Source: an uncultured Gammaproteobacteria bacterium (GTDB lineage: Bacteria > Pseudomonadota > Gammaproteobacteria > Pseudomonadales > Azotimanducaceae). From it: 50,130 bases of DNA. This document shows, piece after piece, positions 38,671 through 46,974 of the stretch (position 1 is its first letter; each line of letters begins with the position of its first letter). The stretch lies in contig CAJYCI010000001.1 in assembly GCA_913428515.1 (NCBI GenBank), positions 1 through 50,130 on the forward strand. Direction: 5' to 3'. The position numbers and the translations under genes are program-made. Under the pieces are notes generated by a model that did not search any database, was not told the DNA's origin, and was given only the letters and a program-made list of their open reading frames with translations.

Positions 38671-39887
38671 ATTAAGCTCCTCTCGAGATCCGATCTCAAA
38701 TCATCAAATTCCTCTATCCCAACAGAAAACCTAATAAGAGAATCAGCTATTCCCATCTCTTTTCTACGAACAGGGCCCATTTCATGATAAATGGAGTGTG
38801 CAACCGGTATACACAAAGTTCTTGTGTCTCCAAGGTTGCTTGCGCAGGCAATCAAGTCGAGTCTGTTAATAAAATCAAAACAATCTATTTGATCTTTAAT
38901 TTCTATGCTAAATATTCCTCCAAAGGCTGAAAAAAGTTTTTTTGCTCTGTTGTGCTGGGGATGTGAAACTAATCCCGGGTAATGGACTCTTTCTACTAGA
39001 GAGTGACCATCAAGATAATTCGCTAAGGCTCTAGCGTTGCTGCTTATACGGTCCATTCTGAGAGCTAAGGTGTCCGACCCAACGGAAATTAAATGAGCTG
39101 CTTCAGGGCTCAAAGAAGCACCAAAATCTCTTAATCCTTTTTTCTTGATTTGCTTAACGATCCAATTGACTGGAGCCCCTTGTTTGTAACGATTATCTAT
39201 ACCCGACAGATTACCCCATTCGAAATTATTGAAAACGGAAACAGCTCCTCCGAGAGCATTAGCATGTCCACCAATATATTTAGTAAGCGAATTTATAACA
39301 AGGTTAGCTCCAGATGTGATGGGCGAATAGAGATAAGGAGTCGTGAGGGTGTTGTCAACAAAATAAATCAACCCCTTTGACTTACAAAGTTCACCTATTC
39401 CTTCTAAATCTGAGATTTGAGTTCTAGGGTTAGCAATAGTCTCAACAAACACAAGTTTGGTGGTTTCTTTGATTGCCGCCCGGACATTCTCTGCGCATGT
39501 AGCGTCTACAAAAGAAGTTTCGATTCCATGAGACATGAACGACTGCAAAAGACTGTTAGTGTTTCCGAAAAGAAATGAAGAAGATATCAAATGATCTCCA
39601 GGCCTGAGAAGAGAAAAGATGGTAGATCCGATGGCGGCCATTCCAGTGCCAAAGGCGATCGTTTCGTAACTTTTTTCCATCAAATTTATCTTCTCTTGTA
39701 AAGCAGTGACGGTTGGATTGACCTGCCTTCCGTAGGAATAACCACTTTTTTTTCCTTGAAAAACAGAAGCCAATTCTCTCGCATCGTCGAACGCAAAAGA
39801 GACTGAATGATGAACGGGTTTGTGAACCGAACCGTGCCTCACCTTTCCTTTACGATTTGAATGCAAAATATCAGAAGTAAAACCCAT
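38667..39887 (-). CDS. Cys/Met-metabolism PLP enzyme, O-acyl-homoserine sulfhydrylase-like (MetY/MetZ family)
   Basis: 406 aa with Y.R..NPT, GTGMAAI and NSLTKYIGGH (PLP lysine). Family-typical length. Confidence 0.85.
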   Translation of the reverse strand: MGFTSDILHSNRKGKVRHGSVHKPVHHSVSFAFDDARELASVFQGKKSGYSYGRQVNPTVTALQEKINLMEKSYETIAFGTGMAAIGSTIFSLLRPGDHLISSSFLFGNTNSLLQSFMSHGIETSFVDATCAENVRAAIKETTKLVFVETIANPRTQISDLEGIGELCKSKGLIYFVDNTLTTPYLYSPITSGANLVINSLTKYIGGHANALGGAVSVFNNFEWGNLSGIDNRYKQGAPVNWIVKQIKKKGLRDFGASLSPEAAHLISVGSDTLALRMDRISSNARALANYLDGHSLVERVHYPGLVSHPQHNRAKKLFSAFGGIFSIEIKDQIDCFDFINRLDLIACASNLGDTRTLCIPVAHSIYHEMGPVRRKEMGIADSLIRFSVGIEEFDDLRSDLERSLI

Positions 39888-39901
39888 ATCAATTATTTCC
39901 C

Positions 39902-39938
39902 AAAAAAAAACCCGCCGAGTTTTTAACTCAGCAGGTTT
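39902..39938 (-). terminator. strand-specific intrinsic terminator/attenuator 14 nt upstream of the sulfhydrylase ATG
   Basis: The minus-strand RNA reads CCUGCUGAG-UUAAAAA-CUCGGCGGG + U9. The two plus-strand C/A mismatches become G.U pairs only on the minus strand. Confidence 0.75.
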
Positions 39939-39943
39939 ATATA

Positions 39944-39994
39944 GTTTTAGCTGAATTTATAACGCGCTCGCAAGCAAAATCCAAATCAGCGCTT
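39944..39994 (-). promoter_or_regulatory. candidate SAM-responsive (SAM-II/SAM-V-like) riboswitch aptamer
   Basis: GCGCU-GAUUUGGAUUUUGCUUGCG-AGCGC followed by GUUAUAAAUUCAGCUAAAAC. A U-rich strand plus a 3' AGCUAAAA could form an H-type pseudoknot. It sits between a strong promoter and a terminator, in front of a methionine-pathway gene. The class assignment comes from memory of the consensus and was not computed. Confidence 0.4.
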
Positions 39995-40001
39995 CTTCAC
40001 T

Positions 40002-40029
40002 ATTATACCAAGGCCGATTTACTAATCAA
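40002..40029 (-). promoter_or_regulatory. sigma70 promoter of the sulfhydrylase-purC operon
   Basis: The minus strand reads TTGATT-16 nt-TGgTATAAT (extended -10). The predicted TSS is near 39995. Confidence 0.6.
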
Positions 40030-40089
40030 TTATTGATCCAGAAAGCCAGAAGCCTGATAGAATTGAAGAAAGATAATGTGGAAGTCGGT

Positions 40090-41373
40090 ATGAACGAATC
40101 AGATTTCAGAAAAAAGCTATTAGGCTTTTTGCACAAATCGCCAACTCCCTTCCATGTAGTAAGCTGCATAGCAGAAACTCTTCAGGAACAGGATTTTGCT
40201 GAATTAAAAGAAGTGGATAAATGGGACATCAAACCGGGTAAATATTTTGTAAGGAGAAACGGTTCTTCCATAATCGCCTTTCAATTAGGTAAGCGTCCTC
40301 TCGAAGAGACAGGTCTTCGAATGGTTGGAGCCCATACAGACAGTCCGGGACTTAAACTAAAACCTTTCCCGATAATACGAAGAAAAGGTTTATTTCAGTT
40401 AGGCGTAGAAGTCTACGGTGGGGCTTTACTAAACCCCTGGTTTGACAGAGACCTCAGCATCGCTGGACGGATAACTAAGGCGACAAAAAATGGCGAGATC
40501 AAAAGCATAATAATAGACGCGAAAGAACCGTTGGCATTCATTCCGAGCCTTGCTATTCACCTCGACAGAGAAGCAAACAAAAACAGGTCCGTAAATGCTG
40601 AAACGGATATTGTCCCAATTATTTCTACTGATCATCAGTTCAGTGGATTAGATGATTTTTTTTCAGCAAGTCTAAAAAAGGGAGAAACTCTATTAAATAC
40701 CGATCTTTTCTTTTACGACACTAACCAAGCAAAACTAGTGGGCGCGAAAAACGAGTTTTTAGCGGGAGCTCGTCTGGATAATCAATTGAGTTGCTTTTGC
40801 GCAATATCCGCTTTACTAAAGGCCGAACCCTCCAAATCTTGCCTCGTCGTTTTGAATGATCATGAAGAAGTTGGAAGCGCGTCCCACGTTGGGGCCGATG
40901 GCAGCTTTCTCTCAGACTTTTTTACTCGCATAACTAAAGAACCAGAAGCCCGTCTGAGGACCATTGCTCGCTCACTCTTAGTGTCGACCGACAATGCTCA
41001 CGCGGTTCATCCCAACTATCCCGAAAAACATGAAAAAAATCACAGTCCAATAATAAACAAAGGAATAGCCATAAAACATAATGCTAATCAAAGATATGCA
41101 ACGAACAGCGAAACAGCAGGATATTTCAAAAGACTCTGTATAGATAACGAGATACCGTTGCAAGAGTTTGTTAATCGAGGTGATATGTCTTGCGGAAGCA
41201 CCATCGGTCCGATTACGGCCAGCAAAATAGGGGTGCGAACACTAGATTTAGGTGTGCCGACCTTTGGAATGCACTCAATTAGAGAATTGGCAGGAGTGCA
41301 CGACATCTTTAACTTGGGCCGAGGCCTTAAAGAGTTTTTCAATGATGCAGGTCTGGCCGGTGAGTTCTCTTAG
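40090..41373 (+). CDS. apeB: M18-family (aspartyl) aminopeptidase
   Basis: FL..SPTPFH, VGAHTDSPGLKLKP, DNQLSC, NDHEEVGS and GSTIGP motifs are present. ATG 40090 is preferred over the TTG track start at 40033. Confidence 0.9.
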   Translation: MNESDFRKKLLGFLHKSPTPFHVVSCIAETLQEQDFAELKEVDKWDIKPGKYFVRRNGSSIIAFQLGKRPLEETGLRMVGAHTDSPGLKLKPFPIIRRKGLFQLGVEVYGGALLNPWFDRDLSIAGRITKATKNGEIKSIIIDAKEPLAFIPSLAIHLDREANKNRSVNAETDIVPIISTDHQFSGLDDFFSASLKKGETLLNTDLFFYDTNQAKLVGAKNEFLAGARLDNQLSCFCAISALLKAEPSKSCLVVLNDHEEVGSASHVGADGSFLSDFFTRITKEPEARLRTIARSLLVSTDNAHAVHPNYPEKHEKNHSPIINKGIAIKHNANQRYATNSETAGYFKRLCIDNEIPLQEFVNRGDMSCGSTIGPITASKIGVRTLDLGVPTFGMHSIRELAGVHDIFNLGRGLKEFFNDAGLAGEFS

Positions 41374-41425
41374 GATAAAATTTTAAGAGAGGACGAGGGG
41401 TTCAAAAGCATCGCATGACAGAAAC

Positions 41426-41855
41426 CTACGCGCTGTTATTGCGCGCCCTAGAGAGCGTGTGGAAAATTTTTAATACTTGCTGGTCTAGATGAACTAACTC
41501 TAGAAGAACCTTGACGCGCCCTTTAATCCAGTCAGTTTTTATTCAGACGCTTCTACCTACCATAGAGATATTTTCTTCTGCAGTAAGGTGCGGGAAAAGA
41601 CCAGCTCCTTGGACTGAATATCCGATTCTCCTTTGGATTTTAGGAAAATTCTCCTTTGTGACTGGCTCTCCAAAGACAATAAGGTTGTTTTTCCGCTTCT
41701 GCTCTCACCAACTATTGCGGCTATGACGCCAGCCGGTATAACTTGATTTAAATCACGAAATACCTCTACAGATCCCAGCGATTTGCAGACGTTTTCTAAC
41801 TCTACCGTATTTTTAACCGGATATAATCTCTCTTAACGGTCTTACTAAGAGTCAT
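41426..41855 (-). pseudogene. decayed ABC-transporter ATP-binding gene (LolD/MacB-like) relic
   Basis: Hand translation of the minus strand. ATG 41855 opens a 17-codon frame. A shifted frame then reads ...IIPVKNTVELENVCKSLGSVEVFRDLNQVIPAGVIAAIVGESRSGKTTLLSL...LLQKKISLW* (Walker A region, stop at 41557). A third frame reads VKVLLELVHLDQQVLKIFHTLSRARNNSA*, colinear with LolD ...[27 protein letters not shown] (LSGGE is degraded to LSRAR). Walker B and the H-loop are missing. Confidence 0.7.
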
Positions 41856-41857
41856 TC

Positions 41858-43258
41858 TTATTCCCTAACCAATCCTTCGACATAATCATAATAGTTTAGA
41901 AGGTCCCTGAGCACTCGCTGAGTATCGAGGTCAGACGTTTCTATTATCTGCTTAGCCTCGGTCTTATACCTATCGATAAGGCAACCGTTCTCTAAACGGC
42001 CTCGAACAAAGGATTTCCAAAGATCTAGTTCGGTTTCATCCAGAACTTGCGGGAAATTTCTACATGTATATCGGAAAAGCATTTCTTTGAGTCTAGGGTC
42101 GTCGAATTTGTCCGAGAAATATTTCAACGAACTCGGTGAAGATTCACTTATTTCATTCATCACTTCTCTATCTTTCGAGTTAAAGAACCCGCCACTATAC
42201 AATTGATTTTCAGGGTCAGGATCTACCTCATAAGTAATTTGAGAAATTATCCTCTGAATACGTTCGGTAAGCTCGGGCGCCTTATTCAAAAACTCTATTC
42301 GCTCTTGAACCAAACCCAAATCTAGCTCTTGATTGGCTATGGTTTCCTCGTCTAAAACAGAAACAGGCGCGACAAAAGGAACTCGGCTTATATTGATCTC
42401 TATGAAAACGGATGAATCACTGTTTAAGCTTTCAAAGAGCGATTCATCGGCAGATTCTTGTATAAAAGCTGGGTCGCAACTTAAATCGAAGCAGATGATA
42501 TTATTCGCTTTAAACGGATGATAAGTCAGAGGAAGAATCAGTCCCAAATTTTTTTTCCATCTTTTAATTTTCGCACTGATTAAAACCGCTGGCTGTCTCT
42601 CTCTCAGATCTAAAAGACTCGCAACATTCGATTTTTGTCTAAGCGTCAGGGAAAAGTCGAAAAGCTTAGGCTGAGCTTTCTTTAACACTCGAGCGACTCC
42701 GATGGTCGCTCGAACATCGGATAACGCATCATGCGCATTTTCATGGAGGACGTTGTTTGCTCTTGCAAGATCTTCAAGCCTGAAGCTTATAGAGCCATTC
42801 TCTTTTTTCGGCCATTCGATCCCGTCAGGACGCAACGCGTAAGCGGCTCGCATTGGATCTATCAGGTCCCATCGGCAGTTACCGCTTTGCCATTCTCTCG
42901 CGTACGGATCTCGCAGATTGCGATAAAAAAGTCGTCTTATTATCTCGTCATCAAATCGTATATTGTTAAATCCAGAGACACATGTTTTATTGCGGGTAAA
43001 CTCACTTGAAATTAGTCGGCAAAATTCGCTCTCACCTAAACTTTTTTTTACTAATTCAAGGTAATCAAGTTTAGTAATCGCAACCGCCTGCGGCGCAGGC
43101 AATCTTTCTAATGGGGGTTGACAAAAAAGTTCGTACCCATCCTCAATTTGATTGAGCTCTGAGTCTGTCCTGATTCCGGCGAATTGTACTGCTCGGTCTT
43201 GCTCAATATCGGTGCCAGTTGTCTCTAAATCGTACCAGAAAAAATTCTTATCATTCAT
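41858..43258 (-). CDS. sbcB: exodeoxyribonuclease I
   Basis: FFWYDLETTGT, RFDDEI.R..FYRN..DPYAREW and NAHDALSDV (DEDDh) are present, and the sequence is colinear with E. coli SbcB. ATG 43258 gives 466 aa. The track start at 43327 is rejected. Confidence 0.92.
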   Translation of the reverse strand: MNDKNFFWYDLETTGTDIEQDRAVQFAGIRTDSELNQIEDGYELFCQPPLERLPAPQAVAITKLDYLELVKKSLGESEFCRLISSEFTRNKTCVSGFNNIRFDDEIIRRLFYRNLRDPYAREWQSGNCRWDLIDPMRAAYALRPDGIEWPKKENGSISFRLEDLARANNVLHENAHDALSDVRATIGVARVLKKAQPKLFDFSLTLRQKSNVASLLDLRERQPAVLISAKIKRWKKNLGLILPLTYHPFKANNIICFDLSCDPAFIQESADESLFESLNSDSSVFIEINISRVPFVAPVSVLDEETIANQELDLGLVQERIEFLNKAPELTERIQRIISQITYEVDPDPENQLYSGGFFNSKDREVMNEISESSPSSLKYFSDKFDDPRLKEMLFRYTCRNFPQVLDETELDLWKSFVRGRLENGCLIDRYKTEAKQIIETSDLDTQRVLRDLLNYYDYVEGLVRE

Positions 43259-43396
43259 GATCTGACAAGCATAACAATTTGAGCTAGTGTGTATAGTTTG
43301 ATTAACATAATTTAGAGAGATACACACATTTTTTTCAGCCTAAAAAAGTTTGGTCTACTGATAGGACCATTTGCCGCTGCTAGCGTCTTTCTAATT

Positions 43397-44707
43397 TTGC
43401 AGGGACATGGCTGGAACCATGAAGCATGCTGGGCCGGCGCCGTCGCTGTGATTTGCGCCTTTTGGTGGATTTTTGAACCCATCCCAATTCCCGCTACTTC
43501 GCTAATTCCGATAGGTTTGCTCCCTCTGTTTGGTGTTCTTACTCCAAAGGAGGTTGGCCAGTCATATGGCTCTCCAATGGTGCTGCTACTTTTAGGAGGG
43601 TTTATTCTTAGCACGGCCATGGCAAAGAGCGGAGCACACTTGCGAGTCGCAGTTTCTATGATAAATCTTTTCGGTGGCCAGAGCAGTAAAAAACTTGTGT
43701 ACGGATTTATGGCCGCTGCCGCAATCCTAAGCATGTGGATATCGAATACGGCTACAACTTTAATGTTACTTCCAGTTGCTTTAGCAACCATAGAACGATC
43801 AGAAGACAAAAAACTTGCCGCGCCGCTGCTTCTTGGAATCGCCTATGCCGCCAGCATCGGTGGAATCGGAACGCCGATTGGCACACCTCCAAATCTAGTT
43901 TTTAGAGAAATCTATCAACAAAATACGGGAGTTGAAGTTGGCTTTTTTACTTGGATGTCCTGGGGAATCCCAGTAGTGGCTATCCTAATTCCAATCGCTG
44001 GCTTATGGATAACCCGACACCTTGGGTATCTTGGAAGAGTAAGCGTTCCTGAAATAAGTGCTTGGACTGACGAAGAAAAGAGAGTCTTTACAGTTTTCTT
44101 TCTCACTGCGATTGCGTGGGTGAGTCGCAGTCAACCGTTTGGTGGTTGGCAGTCTTGGCTGAATCTGCCAAATGCAAATGATGCGAGCGTTGCTTTAGTC
44201 GCCGTCGTTGCAATGTTTCTCATCCCAAATGGAAAAGGAGGAAAGTTACTAGACTGGTCGACCGCATCTAATATACCGTGGGGAATGCTTCTACTTTTTG
44301 GTGGCGGAATCGCGATCGCAAATTCGTTCGTCTCATCAGGACTAAGTGCCTCATTAGGCCAATCATTGGCATATATCTCGAGCTGGCACATTTTTTTACT
44401 GATTCTCGCAATTTGCTTATTGATTACCTTTCTCACAGAGATGACAAGCAATCTGGCAACCACAACACTTATTTTGCCAATCCTGGCTGCTATGAGCCTA
44501 TCGTCTGACATAAGCCCTGAGGCTCTAATGGTGCCAGCTGCTATGAGCGCTAGCTGCGCTTTTATGCTCCCGGTAGCGACTGCTCCCAATACCATTGTAT
44601 TCTCAACCAACAAATTCCCTCTCGCACTTATGGCAAAAGAAGGGCTTTTATTAAATCTTACGGGCGCTATGATTATTGCCTCAATCTGTGTCTTATTATT
44701 CGATTAA
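43397..44707 (+). CDS. DASS/SLC13-family anion:Na+ symporter
   Basis: Polytopic protein with SNTATT and SN.ATT hairpin motifs (WISNTATTLMLLP, EMTSNLATTTLILP) and GGIGTPIGTPPN. The true start is probably upstream of the TTG at 43397 (see finding). Confidence 0.88.
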   Translation: MQGHGWNHEACWAGAVAVICAFWWIFEPIPIPATSLIPIGLLPLFGVLTPKEVGQSYGSPMVLLLLGGFILSTAMAKSGAHLRVAVSMINLFGGQSSKKLVYGFMAAAAILSMWISNTATTLMLLPVALATIERSEDKKLAAPLLLGIAYAASIGGIGTPIGTPPNLVFREIYQQNTGVEVGFFTWMSWGIPVVAILIPIAGLWITRHLGYLGRVSVPEISAWTDEEKRVFTVFFLTAIAWVSRSQPFGGWQSWLNLPNANDASVALVAVVAMFLIPNGKGGKLLDWSTASNIPWGMLLLFGGGIAIANSFVSSGLSASLGQSLAYISSWHIFLLILAICLLITFLTEMTSNLATTTLILPILAAMSLSSDISPEALMVPAAMSASCAFMLPVATAPNTIVFSTNKFPLALMAKEGLLLNLTGAMIIASICVLLFD

Positions 44708-44834
44708 CTGAATGGAATTTTTGGCCCGAATTTAGTGACTAATCGATTTAAATCTCAATTTGATGAGGAATCTATCGTGATTTTGTTCAAGTTTGAAAAA
44801 CTAAAGACACTAATTATTTTTGGTTCTGAAAAAA

Positions 44835-46382
44835 ATGTATTCTGACTACTTCAACTTGCGAGAATTACCGTTCTCAATCGCACCAAACCCCAAATATCTT
44901 TACATGAGTGCCCAGCATCAGGAGGCGCTTGCGCACCTCTTGTTTGGATTACAACAAGACGGAGGATTTGTTGTCCTAACCGGAGAAGTAGGAACCGGGA
45001 AAACGACAATCTGTAAACGCCTTTTTGAACAACTGCCCAACGAGGTAGAAATCGCATTTATATTGAACCCTTGCCTTAACGAAATCGACTTAATCGAAAC
45101 TATTTGCCAAGAGTTTAAGATCAAGATAGCAAAAGATATAAAACTGAAAGATTTATTAGATAAGCTCAATAATTATCTGCTCGCATGTCATTCTAAAAAT
45201 AAAAAACCAATACTTTTAATAGATGAAGCTCAGAATCTTTCAACTGCATTGCTAGAGCAGTTACGCTTACTTACGAACCTTGAGACAAACGAAAAAAAAC
45301 TTCTTCAGATAATTCTTTTGGGACAGCCCGAGTTAGCTGAAAAAATGAGCCGAAAAGCATTAAGACAGTTTAATCAGCGAATCACTGCACGCTATCACCT
45401 TGCCGAGTTAAATGAATCAGAATCAAGGAACTATATCACCCACAGACTTTCTGTAGCTGGATGCCATGAAGCATTGTTCTCGAAACAAGCGACCAAAAAG
45501 ATATTCCAAGAGAGCGAAGGGATCCCGCGATTAATAAATCTTCTTTGCGACAGAGCCCTATTAGGTTGCTACACCCAGGGCAGGTTTACGGTAACTAAAC
45601 AAATGGTTGAAAAATCGTCGGAAGAAATCAAAGGCAAGCGCCAACGGAAGCTAACTAACGGTTTCTTTTCCTATGTTCTTGGTATAAGTGCCCTAATCTT
45701 GTTGATCGTATTTTTATTTAAGTCATTGCCGATGTTTTACGAGACTTCCTCAGATGTTACAAATGAAAAAGAAAAACCAGAGCTTGAGATTTTAGAAAAA
45801 ACAAGGGGCTTTTCGGGACACGACAACCTAGGGAACGCGATACGTGATCTGATCTCAGTTTGGGGAGTCTCTTTTGAGGATCAGGAGACTAATGGCTGCG
45901 GTCTGAGCGAGAAAATTGGTTTACGATGTGCCAAATTTTTAATTGATTTAGATGAAATATTAAAAATTGATAGGCCTTTTATCGTCTCTCTGAATCAAGA
46001 ATTTTTCACAATTTCGAGGGCAAATAGAGAGACTTTTTTCTTATTTGCTGGAGACAAAGAATACCAACTCAGTTTTTCTGAGTTTTCTGGAATATTTGAT
46101 GGCAACATTGATTTAATCTGGCGTATGCCCCCAAATTACAGTGGACCAATAAGTTTGTATGCAAAGGGACCTGCCGTAGATTGGCTCTCTATTCAACTAG
46201 CCCTGGTGAACGAGGAAACTCCGCCAATCGATACGAACGTGATTTTCTCTGAGGAGATGTCAGAAAAAGTAAAGCGTTTTCAAAGATTATCTGGACTATC
46301 TGAAAATGGGGTGGTCGGCGCTCTGACTTGGATGCATTTGAATAGTTACAACTCGCAGTCTGTCCCAACATTGAGTTATTAG
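44835..46382 (+). CDS. exeA: ExeA/GspA-like AAA ATPase with C-terminal peptidoglycan-binding domain
   Basis: Starts MYSDYFNLRELPFSIAPNPKYLYMSAQHQEALAHLLFGL...GGFVVLTGEVGTGKTT, with Walker B LLIDEAQNL, one TM helix and a C-terminal PG_binding_1-like KVKRFQRLSGLSENGVVGALTWMHL. Confidence 0.85.
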   Translation: MYSDYFNLRELPFSIAPNPKYLYMSAQHQEALAHLLFGLQQDGGFVVLTGEVGTGKTTICKRLFEQLPNEVEIAFILNPCLNEIDLIETICQEFKIKIAKDIKLKDLLDKLNNYLLACHSKNKKPILLIDEAQNLSTALLEQLRLLTNLETNEKKLLQIILLGQPELAEKMSRKALRQFNQRITARYHLAELNESESRNYITHRLSVAGCHEALFSKQATKKIFQESEGIPRLINLLCDRALLGCYTQGRFTVTKQMVEKSSEEIKGKRQRKLTNGFFSYVLGISALILLIVFLFKSLPMFYETSSDVTNEKEKPELEILEKTRGFSGHDNLGNAIRDLISVWGVSFEDQETNGCGLSEKIGLRCAKFLIDLDEILKIDRPFIVSLNQEFFTISRANRETFFLFAGDKEYQLSFSEFSGIFDGNIDLIWRMPPNYSGPISLYAKGPAVDWLSIQLALVNEETPPIDTNVIFSEEMSEKVKRFQRLSGLSENGVVGALTWMHLNSYNSQSVPTLSY

Positions 46383-46383
46383 T

Positions 46384-46965
46384 ATGTCTTATATCCTTGA
46401 CGCTTTAAAAAAATCAGACAGAGAGAGGAATGAGTCTGCTTCCGCTAATTTCAATCCAAAAATTGGTGGAGACAAAGAGTCACGCACAAACCTCAAGACA
46501 TTGTTGATTTGGACAAGCATTATTTTAACGGTGAACTTCACATCAGCATACTTTCTTATTGGGCATAAATCCTCATCCAGCCCCAAGTCTCCAACGCCGG
46601 AAAGTTTTACCAACGAGTCTACCTCAACCCCGAAAAAAAATTTGGGAATTAATAGCTTGACCAAAATTGCGCAAGCTGAACCTAAAGGATTTGGTGCGAG
46701 CGAACATCAAGAAGAACTCATTGTCCCACCGTTTAGCTCGCTCGCAGAAAATCTGAGAGATGAGTTATTACCTTTTAATATTGACTCTCATATTTACGCT
46801 GATGAAAAAACTCTAAGGTCGATTAAAATAGGAAGAGTGACTTATTTTGAAGGAGACTATTTGAGACCCAATCTAAAACTAGAGAGAATAACGAGCGATG
46901 GTGTAATTCTTAACATGTCTAATCGAATGTTCTCTCTCAACATCAAAGACTCTTGGAATCTGTAG
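46384..46965 (+). CDS. exeB: ExeB/GspB-like general secretion pathway protein B
   Basis: 193 aa with the MSYILDALKKSDRER N-terminus and one TM helix. Begins 1 nt after exeA. Confidence 0.75.
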   Translation: MSYILDALKKSDRERNESASANFNPKIGGDKESRTNLKTLLIWTSIILTVNFTSAYFLIGHKSSSSPKSPTPESFTNESTSTPKKNLGINSLTKIAQAEPKGFGASEHQEELIVPPFSSLAENLRDELLPFNIDSHIYADEKTLRSIKIGRVTYFEGDYLRPNLKLERITSDGVILNMSNRMFSLNIKDSWNL

Positions 46966-46974
46966 GCCAGCTAA

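Noticed and set aside
41511-41726. 71-aa plus-strand ORF in the sbcB-apeB gap
   Set aside because: It is antisense to the recognisable ABC-ATPase relic. It has a TTG start and no SD.
43312-44613. 165-aa and 160-aa minus-strand ORFs
   Set aside because: Both lie antisense within the DASS transporter gene and are shadow ORFs of a hydrophobic gene.
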